Origin: Octopus sinensis
Taxonomy: Eukaryota
Assembly (NCBI RefSeq): GCF_006345805.1
Contig: NC_043004.1
Span: 84,320,001-84,384,000 of the forward strand
Reading direction: 5' to 3'
Length of the DNA: 64,000 nt
Shown here piece after piece: positions 39,914 to 53,535 of this stretch. The notes under the pieces were generated by a model. The model saw nothing but the letters and a program-made list of their open reading frames with translations. It made no database searches and was not told where the DNA came from. The position numbers were made by a program, and so were the translations under genes. Every line of letters starts with the position of its first letter. The stretch's first letter is position 1.

Positions 39914-40939
39914 ATGTATATGTATGCTTGTATGTGTGTTTACGTATGTAAGTTCATATTTAGCTTTATTGCAAGATTCTTTGGCAATAGAGGAAGTGTC
40001 GCTTTCTAACCTAGATCCAAAGCCTCTTCATTGGAATTTCAACATGAACTACAGCGTATTTTTGTTTATATGTGCTGACTTGTATGTTTTGTTTTATATT
40101 TATATACTTATGCATATAGTTACATATCTTGACATGCTGATATATGTTTAAGTGATAAACTTCTAGAAATCTTTACAGATTTTTACAGTTCCAGTGATGA
40201 TTTAGATCCAACCAGCTATCTCCTTTCTTGTTTTGAAATGCCCATTTTTTATGATCAGTATTTAGTCAGTGTGTTTTATATTCCTATGCATGTATGTATG
40301 TTTGCATGTATGTATGTATTCATGTATGTGTGTATGCATGTGTGCGTATGTGTGTGTTTTTGCGTGTCGATATTAGTATCACTGTGTTTACGACTCTATT
40401 TCATACATCATTTCATTAAATTTGAAATCATAGTAATTCTCTCAAAACCATTTCCAACACAAAGTCATCGTTCTGATAACTACTACATTAAATCTTTCCC
40501 CAAGATGTAAAACTATGAATGTAAACAAGTAAGGATAACGTATTTCAAGACGTTTCTTAAAATCTGTTCGGGCAAACATTTGTTACAATCATAAAATATA
40601 TTTAAAATATCGTTTCCGTTGTATGGTTACAACGTAATTTTCTGTTAAATTTTTTTCGTGTATAATTTCCTTGAGTAATTCGAGCTACTTTTTAAAACAA
40701 TCTCATTTTGACAATTGGAAGAATATAAACAAAGCAAGAAAAAATCATGAGATAAAAAAAGTTATATGTCATCGAACGAAAATGTATTTCATGTTTTAAG
40801 AATTTACTTTATCACTTCAATTTATATTTCGCCTTAAACTTATCAGGATACATTATTACTGATTACCCTAGTGACATTATCAAAATAGAAAAAAATGTTT
40901 CCTTATTATCATCTTTATTATTATTAATCGTTAATACAT

Positions 40940-41125
40940 GGGGCAAAGTGCTAGCTGGCATTTCGTCCGACTTTACATTCAGAGTTCAAATTGCGGTAGA
41001 GTCGACTTTGCTTTTCATTATTTTGCTGTCTGTAAAATAAGTACCTACTGAGCACTAGAGCCGGTGTTATTGGCTTAAACTCTCCTCCGAATTTCCTTGC
41101 GTTTTGCCAAAACTTGAAACCGTTA
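40940..41125 (+). mobile_element. SINE family B, older copy
   Basis: gcatttcgtcc..gagttcaaatt..gtcgactttgcttttcat..aaaataagtacc. Similar decayed copies lie at 14675-14850 (-), 44870-45020, 45450-45635, 45680-45840, 60175-60345 and 60375-60565. Confidence 0.7.
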
Positions 41126-41265
41126 TTATTACCTCTGCCTTAGCGAAGGCGGAAGTATTGTTTGCAGACGTGTTTCTTTGTTTGTTTTTCCCTGGACAAG
41201 ATGTCCAAATAGCTGAAGAATCGCAGAATGGATTCTGATGAAACTTTCAGAGATGTTTGGTCAAG
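41125..41265 (+). mobile_element. Probable 5' end of a Helentron/DINE-like non-autonomous element
   Basis: tattACCTCTGCCTTagcgAAGGCGGAAGT hairpin, followed by (tttg)n-like repeats and ggattctgatgaaacttt. Confidence 0.5.
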
Positions 41266-41823
41266 TGTTTCTCGGACTTTAATCGGTAAGAGTTATTTGG
41301 TGCTGTCACATCGTTATAAAATAATGTGATTCCCCTTCAGCACTAGCTTTGGGCGAATCTCTACTTTTCTTACAATCAACACCCTTTCTTTGAAATAAAT
41401 AGATAAAAGGACAAAGAAGATACTGTAGAGAATGAATGTTGTTCTTGTACACAGACCTAAGGTCACAAAGAATACTTCAATTCACCAAACTGATTTATCT
41501 AACGCATATGTTGTTACCCTGTTAGGCAGCATGAAAAAGCCTTTTTCTCAGTCTGTGTCTGTCTGCATACTTATTGATGTTAAACTCGCGCAGCGATATC
41601 TGAAAGTCTTTTTAAGAGTTACACTTATAGCTTCATGAGAAGGCACCAGCATTTCCATTTGCCATTCGATTTTTGTCTTCTAAATTTACTGTCTTATCTT
41701 CTAGAAGAAGGCTTCATACTTTCCTGATCTAGACAACACCAGTAAAGGAAACCATTCTGATATTGTTGCCGTTGATGTCGTTATAGGCATGTGTTCCGAC
41801 GTTGCCGTTAATACTGCTGTTGC

Positions 41824-41894
41824 CTTCTTCTTCTTCTTCTTCTTCTTCTTCTTCTTCTTCTTCTTCTTCTTCTTCTTCTTCTTCTTCTTCTTCT

Positions 41895-41941
<47 letters not shown>

Positions 41942-42187
41942 TTCTTCTTTTTTTATTCTTCTACTTCTTTTTCTTCTTCTTCTTCTTCTTTTTCTTTTCT
42001 TCTTCTTCTTTTTCTTCTTCTTTTTCTTCTTCTTCTTCTTCTTTTTCTTCTTTTTCTTCTTCTTTTTCTTCTTCTTCTTCTTCTTTTTCTTCTTCTTCTT
42101 TTTCTTCTTCTTCTTCTTCTTCTCTTCTTCCTCTTCTTCTCTTCTTCTTCTTCTTCTTCTTCTTCTTCTTCTTCTTCTTCTTCTTCT
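41824..42187. repeat. Long (TTC)n/(GAA)n polypyrimidine tract
   Basis: ~360 bp of almost pure C/T. Confidence 0.97.
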
Positions 42188-42189
42188 AA

Positions 42190-42605
42190 GCTAATAAGAA
42201 TGCGTGTGTCAACTTGAAGATCCCCACCACCACACGCGATAGACTGAGAGTTGCACGGGCGTGAAAGTTCCGTTGTTATCCTCATTCCGTAAACAGTGGC
42301 TTTCAACGGGTGGAGAGCTGAACCATCCTGGGGTACAGAGGATTATCAATGTAGGCTAGGGTCTGAAAGTTTACCACATCATAGTGGGTTACACCATGGT
42401 TCCTCTGCTTTGTGGCAGAAGTAGGAATAAAGAGTGAGAGAAAGTTGTGGTGAAAGAGTACAGCGGGGTCCCCTCCCCCACTGGAGCCTCGCGGAGCTTA
42501 GGTGTTTTGCTCAATAAACACCCGCAATGCCAGGTCTTGGAATCGAAACAGCATTCTTATGACCGCGAGTTCGCTGCCTTAACCACTGGGCCATTGCGCC
42601 TCCAC
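42190..42605 (-). mobile_element. SINE family C, fourth tail type, ending in (GAA)n
   Basis: Reverse-complement head gtggaggcgcaatggcccagtggttaaggcagc and the shared body to 42425. The distinct tail abuts the long GAA tract, and assigning it to the SINE is inference. Confidence 0.72.
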
Positions 42606-44364
42606 ACTGCTGTTGTTATGGCCTCTAACAGTAGAGTTGTTTCCAATGATATTTTTGATATCATTGACACTGAATCTTCTGATGCAGACAGCGGTAGCAT
42701 TAATATGTTTGGCACAACTATATTTGCTGCTCATACAGTGGTGCAATTACGTGAAATTTGAAAATTCAACGATAACGACTCCTCTTGTCTTTCTTTGAGT
42801 AGAATGGAGTCTTTGCTACTGCTGTTGTTTGATTGACATGACGCGTAATCTACTACAAAGATGCTTGTGAACATCGCACAACGTGTAAATTAATCCAATT
42901 CCCAAGCAAAAATGAAGACAGTAATCTACAATGAGGAAATCAATAATTGTAGCTCCATGATGAACATGATGATAAACAAATTCAAAAAGTTGATGTCCTT
43001 CTCAAAACTTCAATAATGTCCCTTTCCAGAAATTAAAACTATGATTCATCAATATTAAATATAATAGGTCTTATATCAAACTTCTGTATTAATCTGTTGA
43101 TTATCGAAAGAGGTTAATATATCCAGACCCTTAAAGATGTTAACCTTTTCTTGATTGCAAATACTATGTGACATGATGTGCAATATTAAACAGTGAGTAA
43201 CCAACTAACTGTAATGATATATCACACACCTGAAAAGAAAAAAGGAATAAATTTATCAACACGCTGTTTGCTAAAGGTTTTCAATTGAGAATATGTGTAT
43301 CAAATTACATTACGTCAAGTCGCCATGTAAGTTGCTTAAAACGGTCTTATAATGTTATATTCATTGCTGGTTGCATGTTGGGATGTATTGTATAAAATGC
43401 CAACCATTTTCATCGTGCATTACGCAGAGCTATTTCATCTATTATTTCTTCTCCTTTATCACCTGCTTAAGGATTACAAGGGAGGAAATTGACCCTTTAG
43501 AGAATGGAGTGATCTCCGGTTTTCAATATTTATATGTTGGTTACAATATTAACAGCGCATAATACTGTTATTAAGGGTTCCTTTCACAATTGCTGGTATA
43601 AATTCCGTTAGAAAGGTGATATTTCACTTGTCTACATAAATATATTAACGTTGAGTTATTAAGCTCACAGTACACTAAGACTTATTCGTTTCTCAATGAA
43701 TTTATAAGTGCTAACGGGAATAATATTTGTTCTGAAAACACAAAAGCTATCCTATGTAAAAACGTTTTATAATAATGGCTGAACAATTCTATATTCAAAA
43801 GACAAATAAAGAATACAAGAAAGCAAGTCATACAAAATCTATATGGTATAAGGTTCTCTAACAAATTTGTAGTTATATAAATTTATGTGTTCACGACTAA
43901 ACAATGAAAATAATGTTTCTGAGATTCTTTTTGAGGTATTTTATTGAGAAAGTTGTCTCTGCAGCACATTAACAGTCCACATCGATCGAGATGTTAAAGC
44001 TTTTTTATAACATATTCATTTGCTGTAATTTCCAAGATGTTTTGAATAGAAACTAATACTTCACTAGGCATTCACTTATTCTCATTTACCATATTAATGT
44101 GTGTTTTGTCCTAGGTTTGGGGAGTATTTATCATTTCTACTAGTATTGTAGCCACTGGATAAAGAAAATTATAAAATATAAATTATACCGCAGATTCTTT
44201 TACGACAGGCGACCAAAATATTAAATCTACTCTATCACATAAGTCTTTTATTTGGCTGTTCTCCTGAATACATTCGAATATATTATTATACCACATTGCT
44301 CATATACGTGAGGTCTGGTATCTATTGATGGCTGTATGTGTATTCATGTTCTTTTAATGAACAA

Positions 44365-44830
44365 GGTGATGCCATCAAAGCGACACTGGGGTACAAATAT
44401 ACGAAGGCCATCACGACTACCTATTTGATAAGGGTACACATGGCACATGCATCACAACCAAATGTGCGCAATATGGTGACTTTACATGTAGGTAAACAGC
44501 GTTGTAGACGGGATTCAGTTAGAATTTACCTCAGGTCAAGTAACCCATGTCACTCAAATGGTCCCTGAAGAAAATTTTATTGAGGGTGATAAAAGAAAGA
44601 TCTATATTTCCAGAGGTAAATTATTCTAAACCCACAAAATTCCTCTCCACACATGGCTATGATGCACCCTTACTACTACTGCTAGTGCGCAGAGATATAT
44701 ATATTGTCAGCAACCTAGGGACATGCTCAACTGATTATGATCAAGCGACTGACAAGCAAATCTGGTGTCCAGTAGAATATTTGCTGTAATCCATCATTTT
44801 TATAAAGAAAAATTATGTACACGACAACAC
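44365..44830 (-). mobile_element. Family D copy, reverse orientation
   Basis: Reverse complement of blocks in 8917-9435 and 8762-8820 (catcaaagcgacactggggtacaaatatacgaag; catgcatcacaacca; agaatatttgctg). Confidence 0.7.
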
Positions 44831-45017
44831 TTAGAAACAGTGACGATCAGAAGCAATAAGAACAAGTTATCATTATTGCGTTTAGAGTTCAAATTCCGCC
44901 AGGATCGACTCTGCCTTCTACTCTTTTTGGGTCAATAAAATAAATAACAGTTGAGTACTCTGGTCGATGTAATCGACTAGATCCCTCTCTGCAACTTTCA
45001 GGCCTTCAATAGAAAGG

Positions 45018-45100
<83 letters not shown>

Positions 45101-45109
45101 TACTATTAC

Positions 45110-45165
<56 letters not shown>

Positions 45166-45232
45166 TTTTATTGCTATCATCATCATCATCAACTTCATCA
45201 TTATCATCATCGTTATTGTTATTATTATTATA
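45018..45232. repeat. (ATT)n/(CAT)n trinucleotide tract
   Basis: Directly visible; it follows the tail of a family B SINE. Confidence 0.95.
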
Positions 45233-45935
45233 AAAATGAGAGGGAGAGTCGCTAAAGAGTACAAGAGAAGAATTAGAAAGGCGCACAGAACACGAATAAT
45301 TATTTATATCATCTCCTACGGGAATTGTAAATTTTTCTTCTAATGGCCGGCTCATCAGATGCACCAGTGTCAAATAAAATGTATCATCCTACTTTTTAAT
45401 AACATTGTTATTGTTATTGTTGTTGTTATACAGTGATTGTTGTTATCCAGGCAGTGAAGTAGCCGAATCGTTTGCACACACAATAGAATGCTTCGCATCG
45501 TTTCATTCATGTTCACGTTCTCAGTTAAGATACCTGTAAAGTTGACTTTGCCTTTCATCTATCGGGATCGAAACAATACGTATTGGAATTGGTTGCCCGC
45601 TGCCTTAAAACTGCAGGATTTGTGCCTATAATAGACTTGTGCCTAATGCTATTCTAGTTTTTGGTGGTTAAGGCATCCAGGTGGTAGAATAGTTTGCTGG
45701 CCGTACAACATACTTAGCCTTATTTCGTTCGTCTTCACGTTATGAGTTGAAATTCTACCGTGGTCGACTTCGCCTTTGATCTATCCGTGGTCAATAAAAT
45801 AAGTACCAATTGAGAACAGGGGTCAATCTAATGGCCTCCATTATTATTATTATTATTATTATATTATTATTATTATTATTATTATGATTATTATTGTTGT
45901 TATTATTAGTATTATTTATTATCATTATTTTATTA

Positions 45936-45971
<36 letters not shown>

Positions 45972-47129
45972 GTATTACTATTATGAGAATACATATTCAG
46001 ATATTTTTTCTATTTTCTGATAACTAGGCTACGTTTCTGTGTAATATTACATATTTGTATATGTTTTGGGGGTGTGTAATGTAAACGCTCTAATTATTTG
46101 CTTAGATTTACTAATTAAGCTTCAAATAAAGATAATTTTGTCTATGATTAATTAATGAGCTACTTCATATATTGATAACATTGATTGATTTTTTGTGATT
46201 AGCTCATTTTAAGTATTGGCAATATGTGCCTCCAATATGTATATTTTCGTTTGTTTTGTTTTTTTCAAGTGTTACACTGCCTCCTTCATTAATGTTTAAG
46301 CATTGGCAAAACTGTACTTTGTAAAACACAGTTTGTCTCGCGTGCATGATGTTAATATTTCTTAAATCATTCTTGATGAATGCTATTATATACATACTGT
46401 TTTCATGAATACTTTATTTAATTTTTAATACCGAAATTTATGCCAATTCCCATTACATAAATACATACATGCATACATACATATTTGTGTGTATTTATGT
46501 GTGTGTTTGTATCAGTATATCACTGTTGGATGTGGTGCTTTAGAATGAAATGACTATAAATATTGCGTTCCAATTTTTGCAGAACAGAGGAAACGATAAA
46601 TGTTAAACATCAAGTTGTGACGCCGTAATACTGTACTACATTGTGCATATTGAATGACTTATGATGGACGGTACTCTATATATCGTGTATGCGTTGAAAG
46701 AGACACTCTTGCAGCATGCATCAGTCGTGGTTCTCTCTCCACCTCCCTATACATACACACACACACACGCACACACACACCTATATATATATATAGAACT
46801 CTTCCATATTCTCTTCTCTAACTTTCCCCTTGTAAACACACTCATAGAAAAATCATACAAATATAAACACTAGCAGAAACATACTTTCTACTCATATAAA
46901 TGATAACGATAGTCACTGTGGTTTGAACAATTAGCTTAACGTCCACCCCACTTCAATAGCGAAATAATTTCCTAAGCCTTCGAACATTCTTTTTTAATCA
47001 ACGTACCCTTCCCTCTCCACTTGTTCTCTACCTATTATTCCTTTAACCTTTCTCTTCCTACTATCTATCTTTGACGTCAATTCTTCTAACGGTTTTTTTA
47101 AAAAGACTCATTATCGTTTTGTTTACCAT

Positions 47130-47470
47130 GTAGGTAGTCATCAAAATTTTTGTTTGTCTTGTTGTCGAGAGAGGCTCCCTTTCTTTCCTGATGAGAAGAT
47201 TGCATAATGCACCCTTCATTCCTTTGGAATGAAACCATGTTGTCTTCGAAACATATGTCAAAAGTAAAGGAATTTTGTTAACATCTTCGTTCGACTCCAT
47301 TCTTTCTTTAATTCATATACAACACACAAATTTCTGCACATGAACCCGGAGTTTCTACCCTTGGACAGGTCGCTTCAACCGTGTTTCTGACGTGAGTTTG
47401 CTACCCTGGTTTCGGTTCAACGAATTTTCCATGCTGACGATAAATATAGGATAATTCATTCACCTATTTA
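47130..47470 (+). mobile_element. Hammerhead-bearing repeat (Penelope pLTR-like) ending in (TA)n
   Basis: Two segments (47150-47301 and 47366-47470) are each shared with 38751-39012. Confidence 0.7.
47178..47270 (+). ncRNA. Minimal type I hammerhead ribozyme motif
   Basis: Stem I CCTTTCTTTC/AAAAG-T-AAAGG; core CTGATGA (47188-47194); stem II GAAGA/TCTTC; GAAAC-ATAT-GTC with palindromic ACATATGT. Predicted cleavage is after 47259, and there is one mismatch at pair 1.1/2.1. Confidence 0.82.
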
Positions 47471-47976
47471 TATATATATAAAGTAAAATGTAAAAAGTAA
47501 AATAATAATTATACAAGTAAATCGTTATATGATTTAATTTAAATCCTGCATATACGTGGATCTCTATACATCGAAACATTTGTAGTGATTATTACATAGC
47601 TGTAATAAGTAACCCTACTTACTCTTCCTTTTGATTCTTTCACTTTATACTTTTTTTCACACACGAGGAAGACCTAATGCTACCGCCTATTTGAGAATTC
47701 TAATGGTTTACGAGCTCTATTTGTACTCTAATACATGCTTAATAGAACACACTTCATCTCATCATCCATGAATAATGTGTTCTCAAGAAAAAAGTCAGCA
47801 GTAAACCAAAGCAAGACAAATGAAAATATACTAAGTAAAAAAAAAGACGATTACAGGCTGTCCATTTTTAGTGGTCTGTCCTCTAAATTTTGTATGTAAA
47901 AATGTTTAATCTTTGGATATTTTCAGAAATATGCTAGGCCACTGGTTTTAATTGATTAATATCAATTCTACCGTTA

Positions 47977-48026
<50 letters not shown>

Positions 48027-48799
48027 ATATAATATATATATATATAGTGAGAGAGAGGAGAGGAAACGCACACATACACACATGCATATACATACATATA
48101 TATATATTATTATATATATATATATAATATATATACATACTACGTAGATGTATATAAATAAATAAAATTTGTATTGTTTATTTCATTGTTCCGCTATATT
48201 TCCCTTTTCCCTAACACGCATCATCTATTTTCCGTCAACCCGATGTGTTGTTTTTTCTTTTCATCCTTGTGTTGTTTTCGAATCGGTGAGCTTAGCATGC
48301 CAACCCCAGCACAGAGCAATATCTGTGGATCGCGGTGTCAGGGTTATTTCCCTTCTGCAGCTTACGTTAAAATTCTTATATACGCGCTATTGAGGATTTA
48401 CATAATTTTATTTGTGAAATTGGCGTCTTGATATTTTAATTATTCATATTCGTCTGCACATCTTAAATATTTTATCTATACACTATTGTATTCGATATCA
48501 TCTTCGTTATTAGCAAACATGTTTTGTATAATTTTTGAGTTTTCTTCTGTCTTATCTTCTCATTTTAGTAGGACTGTATGCACTTTAACAAGTTAACATA
48601 GTTATGCTCATATATGTTAATCATATTGGTTACCGGATGTGTTTTTGTTGCTTTTAGAAACAGAAATAATTTAGCATGCTAGTGTAAAAAGTTGTTGTCC
48701 ACTGCATGCTTATTTTCTATAAGTTATTCGTATTTCCCAAATAATCACCTTCATGTCCGTGTTAAGAGATCAATATTATATGTAGTGATGATTTTGCAA

Positions 48800-49220
48800 T
48801 GGCTGCGTAGTAAGTAGCTTCCTTACGAACTAGATAGTTTCGGGTTCAGTCCCACCGCGTGGAACCTTAGGCAATTGTCTTCTACTATAGCCTCGGGTCA
48901 ACCAAAACCTGTAAGTGGATTTGGTAGACGGAAACTGAAAGAAGCCCGTCGTATGTATATGTATATATATATAAATATATATAATGTATGTATGTGTGTG
49001 TATATGTTTCTGTGTCTGTGTTTGTCCCCCCTCACAACATCGCTCGACAACTGATGCTCGTGTGTTTACGTCCCAGTAACTTAGCGGTTCGGCAAAAAGA
49101 ACCCACATACTAAGTACTAGGGTTACAAAGAATAAGCCCTGGAGTCGATGTGTTCGACTAAAGGCGGTGCTCCAGCAGGGCCACAGTCAAATGACTGGAA
49201 CAAATAAAAGCGTAAAATAA
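48800..49220 (+). mobile_element. SINE family A
   Basis: Collinear with 38300-38705. Confidence 0.88.
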
Positions 49221-50479
49221 TATGTCTTATTATGTAAGTTAGTATCATATCTAATCTGAAAGTCTATACATTCTAGAACTGCCGTCATCTTCTACAGACC
49301 CAGCATTTCTACGAAACTGTCGCTTTGTTTCGAAATAATCACCATTACTTACATTTGTAGGTAATGTCCAAGTGAATCTCCAATATTCTTATTTTTATTC
49401 CATCATAGGTATTAAGTTCGCTCAAATGTGATATCTAAATATTATGCGCTTTGAAATACGATTTACTCTGTTGTGTTCCATTCCATTCACAGATACGTAT
49501 TTCTGATGATACCTTTATTATTGCTTATAATTTGCTAAATATTGCCAGAGTTATCTTTCTAAACTAAATTAATTGGCGTGTTTACAAAAATATGCGTAAT
49601 ATGTACATATTACTCTTATGATTGCTATTTTCTAGAAATAGCTGCTTTTTCCTCTCCACATACAAAATGCAATTATGCCTTTTCAAAAGCCACTCTTTAT
49701 CACATAACTTGTACCAAGAGCGGATGATATTAGAGATAACTGCTGTAATGTGTTAAGTTACTAAACAAAGATGGCGTAAATGTTTATACTTTCAGCTCTT
49801 TCCTGTATCAACACAATAGTAATTGGCTATTGATATACCGATAATTATAACTCTGTTGTCAAATTCGTTAGAGAAAATATCGTCATGTTTAATATCTTGA
49901 GCAAAACTGAGCTGTCTCTATATTAATTTTCCATGTAATTTTCACATTGTCATTTTCTGAAACCTCTATGTTGTAGCTGATCGTAGTTGCAGTTATATTG
50001 TCTACGTTGTATTGTCTTCATGAAAATTTCGTCTTTTACCGATATCCCCATATAATCCGGTGTATTTTACGAGAAAATAAAAACGAAATAAGCATGGATA
50101 TTTGCATCAATATTATAAGTATTAAGGATATTTATTCCAATATATATATGGTGCCGTTCTCTACCTCAGCTTTGGTAAATTTTGTTCTATATGTTGATCT
50201 ATTTAATTATATTTTTCAGACCATCGAGGAAAATTGTATTTATTTATCTTATTGTGTACTTGGTGTTCTTTACAAGCTTTTTTTGTATTATCCTCTATGA
50301 AATCTAGTTAATTAGAGTCGAATAATATTAAGCCAATATATATCACTTGCACTACAAGTCTTTCATTGACACACACACCTTGTGCTATTGAGTAAGTTGC
50401 GTTTAATATTAATTAGATTCTGTTGAAATATATATTCTCATTATCACTCGCACAGCTTTGATATTAATACAGCTGACAT

Positions 50480-51640
50480 TAAAGATTATTTGCAAATATA
50501 ATATGGCAGCCCTGACTGGAATGAATGCTACAGTTATTTAACACCAGGAAACGCCGTCTCCAGTTGCGTATACGAACCCCTACCTGTGTCCTTATATTTT
50601 CGAATTGCTCACCCCAATACAGAGCAATATCTGTGGATCGCGGTGTCAACGTTATTTCCGTTCTTTAGCGTAGTTGCCATTCATCCCAACCGGTAATGTC
50701 ATATTATATTGGCAATTAATCTTTACTTTAAGGTACTGTTACTGCATGACTCTCGTTGAGAGATTTTGAAATAATAATGTGTCTACTTAGTAGATCAGTG
50801 ATTATATATCTCTTTCAAAATTGCATCTTTTCGAATGGAGATTTTAGCAGCGCCATCCTCAGCCGAGGGATTATTCCGTGCCGAAGAAGAGAAATAACAC
50901 TGAAACCATGGTCCACAGATATTGTTCTGTGATGGGGTGGAAATGCTAAACTGCCCTGTTAAAAAATATAAGGACACAGATAGTATGCCTTGTAACCAGC
51001 GGGAAACGATGTTTCCTGGGGCTAAATAACAGTAGCGTTCATCGCAACTGGGACTGCCATATTATATGGGCAAATAAACTTTACTTAAAATATTGTTACT
51101 GTAAGTCTCTCATTGATAGATTTAGAAATAATATTTCAATTTTTGACTTATATTTCTTTAGTAGAAATAATTTGTTTTTAAATATCTTTATATTCTGTCA
51201 TTTACCATTTACTTGTTTCAGTTCATTGGACTGAGGTCAAGATGGATGACTACCTACGATGTGTTGACGAATATTAAGTCTGGTAATATTATATCAGTCT
51301 GTTTGATGGAACTGCTAAGTTAAGGGGATGCAAATAAAACTGCAACGGTTGCCAAGCAATGATAGGAAGAAAAAGCATAAACAAAGACACGCATGCACAC
51401 ATACAGAGAAACTATGAAACCGTAGTCCCCAGATATTGCGCTGTTGCTGGGGTAGGAATGCTAAACTCCCCTTTTCGAAAATATAAGGGCACAGATAATG
51501 TGTATTACAGTTAGCTGGAAACGATGTTTCCTGGGGTTAAACAACTGTAATTTTTATCCTAACCGAGACAGCCATATTATATTGACAAATAATCTTTACT
51601 TTAAAGTACTATTGCTCTATGTCTCTCGTTGAGAGATTTA
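50480..51640. repeat. Cluster of an unclassified ~250-bp interspersed repeat in both orientations
   Basis: Copies at 50880-51135 and 51415-51640 are in the same orientation, 50480-50670 is inverted, and 50680-50780 is a tail piece. Another inverted piece lies at 48280-48365. Shared sequence includes ccacagatattg.tctgt, aatataagg.cacag and gaaacgatgtttcctgggg. Confidence 0.85.
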
Positions 51641-53311
51641 GGCACTCACGCATGTACATATATAAATGTATGCATCTGTATATCTATATATATTCATATA
51701 TGTATCTATCTTTTCTTTTTAAACGGAGCAGGACGTTTAAATTTCGAAACGCACACGAGTTGACGTAGTCAATATTTGGGAACTAGATATTACTATCTCC
51801 AACTGAAGATTGCACAGCATGTTTTTTTTCATGCACAGCATGAAATCAATTGATATTGGGGTATGTAAACTATCTTCAAATTCCACCCTGAAGGTAGGCC
51901 TATTTTTTAAAGTGTTCATTGCATTGCTCGTGTGTGTATTTATCGTAGGACTGGCTCGTTTTTAATCTTTCGTTTTCATCTTTGGCAAGCGGTATTTTTA
52001 TCCTTCTTTTATTCAAATATTTAATATTATACCTACTAAGGTAGAGGTCTATCTAACCGCTTCATTATTGCTGTAATACTGCTTTCATATAGTTACATTT
52101 TTATGTATCTATCTACATATTTATGTAACTATCTATATACACACAGATATATATTTATATATATTTGTGTGTATGTTCAAGAGTGTGTGTGCGAGTGTGT
52201 GTGTGTGTGCGCAAATATGTATACAATACGGTTTCCTGTCAATTTTACATCTACCAAATCCACTCGTAAGGCTTTGGTCCCTCTGGAGCTATATCAGACG
52301 AATCTTGCCTATAGGGTCAAGCAACGTGACTGAACGCAGCCATATTGTAGAAGGTGGAATTTTCTAGGACCTTTATCTTCTCCATCTAGCGATATAAATC
52401 ATCTACATGGCATGCCAAGATATTTCGGTGTATTCTCCCCCTTAATATATTTCTCCAGTGGAAATGACATGTCACCATTCACGCTAAGCCATTCGTCAAA
52501 ACGGAAGGCGTTTTAAATCTTGAAACTATGCAAATGGTATATTTGAGAGGAACTACATCAACTGTTACGTAATACTTTTGGCCTTGTGACTGGCACCAAC
52601 TGAGTAGATGATTTTGATATCGATCTCGTTCCCGACAAGGAATCTGGATTATTTGCTATATTTACTTTACTTTACAAGAAGTTATGCGCTCTTACGCTGA
52701 TTTTCTGGTCTTTCTCTGATTATTTCCCTTGAAAGTACGTTGGTGGTTCTCACATAAGTTATGGCGGTATTGCTGTTTCCAAAGTTTTATTTTCGTTTCT
52801 CTACTATTCATTTTACTCGCGTCTCTCTCTTAGTAGAAACTGAGTGATAAAGAAATCAAACAACATAAACAAATGGCAGCAAAACAGTACAGAAATAAAA
52901 TAGCACTAACATATTCATTAACAATAATAAAGTTAATTTGTCATAGACAACATTTAGTTTCACCAATTTTGAATATATCGTTCCTGTTTAAAACCATATA
53001 CCTGTTGGACAATTCCATTTCCAGATTTGCCTTCAAGGAAACTTTACTTCTTGGACTCACGCTTGCGAGTGCAACGTTGTTGTTAAACCTTCGTAAATAG
53101 CTCCGTGTGAAGGTCCTTTCCGTTTTCATTCACGCACGGATAATTTTTCACTAGAGACATTAATGGCCGTAAAGACACTATATCAGTGGATAGACTAAAA
53201 AAACAAAAAAGCTTCATAGAAAGAAAAAACTGTCCTTATCCCACTGCAGACGACACACACACACATCTTTACAAACACGGCCCGCACATCCACCTTCACA
53301 TTCTGTCTACA

Positions 53312-53535
53312 ATTAGGATCGATGAGGTACCGGACAAGAATTCTGGATTATTTTCCTTTTTTTTTTTTAACTTAATTTTTAAGAGCGGCCGCGTTCATCT
53401 TTAGTATTCTCGTTTGTGAAAGTAGTCGAATTGATTTCAGATAGTCTCATGTTAAAAATCGTCTCTGGCTAATTGTTGACAGGACGTTAGAGTTGCCTTG
53501 GCGGAGTTTTGCGCTCTCTGAAAGCGCTTGTTTCT
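53312..53535 (+). mobile_element. Probable 3' end of the same Helentron/DINE-like family
   Basis: ccttGGCGGAGT is inverted relative to the 41130 motif, followed by stem-loop gcgct-ctctgaa-agcgc and a T-rich flank. Confidence 0.5.

Noticed and set aside
50513-50566. actgga...GAAAC-GCC-GTC-tccagt resembling a hammerhead 3' half with stem I
   Set aside because: There is no CUGAnGA in this copy or its sister copies, and the sisters read gaaacatcgtttcc.
53002-53150. Possible minus-strand exon MKTERTFTRSYLRRFNNNV... with ctag acceptor and GTATAT donor
   Set aside because: Splice signals are ordinary, there is no recognisable homology and no partner exons can be supported.
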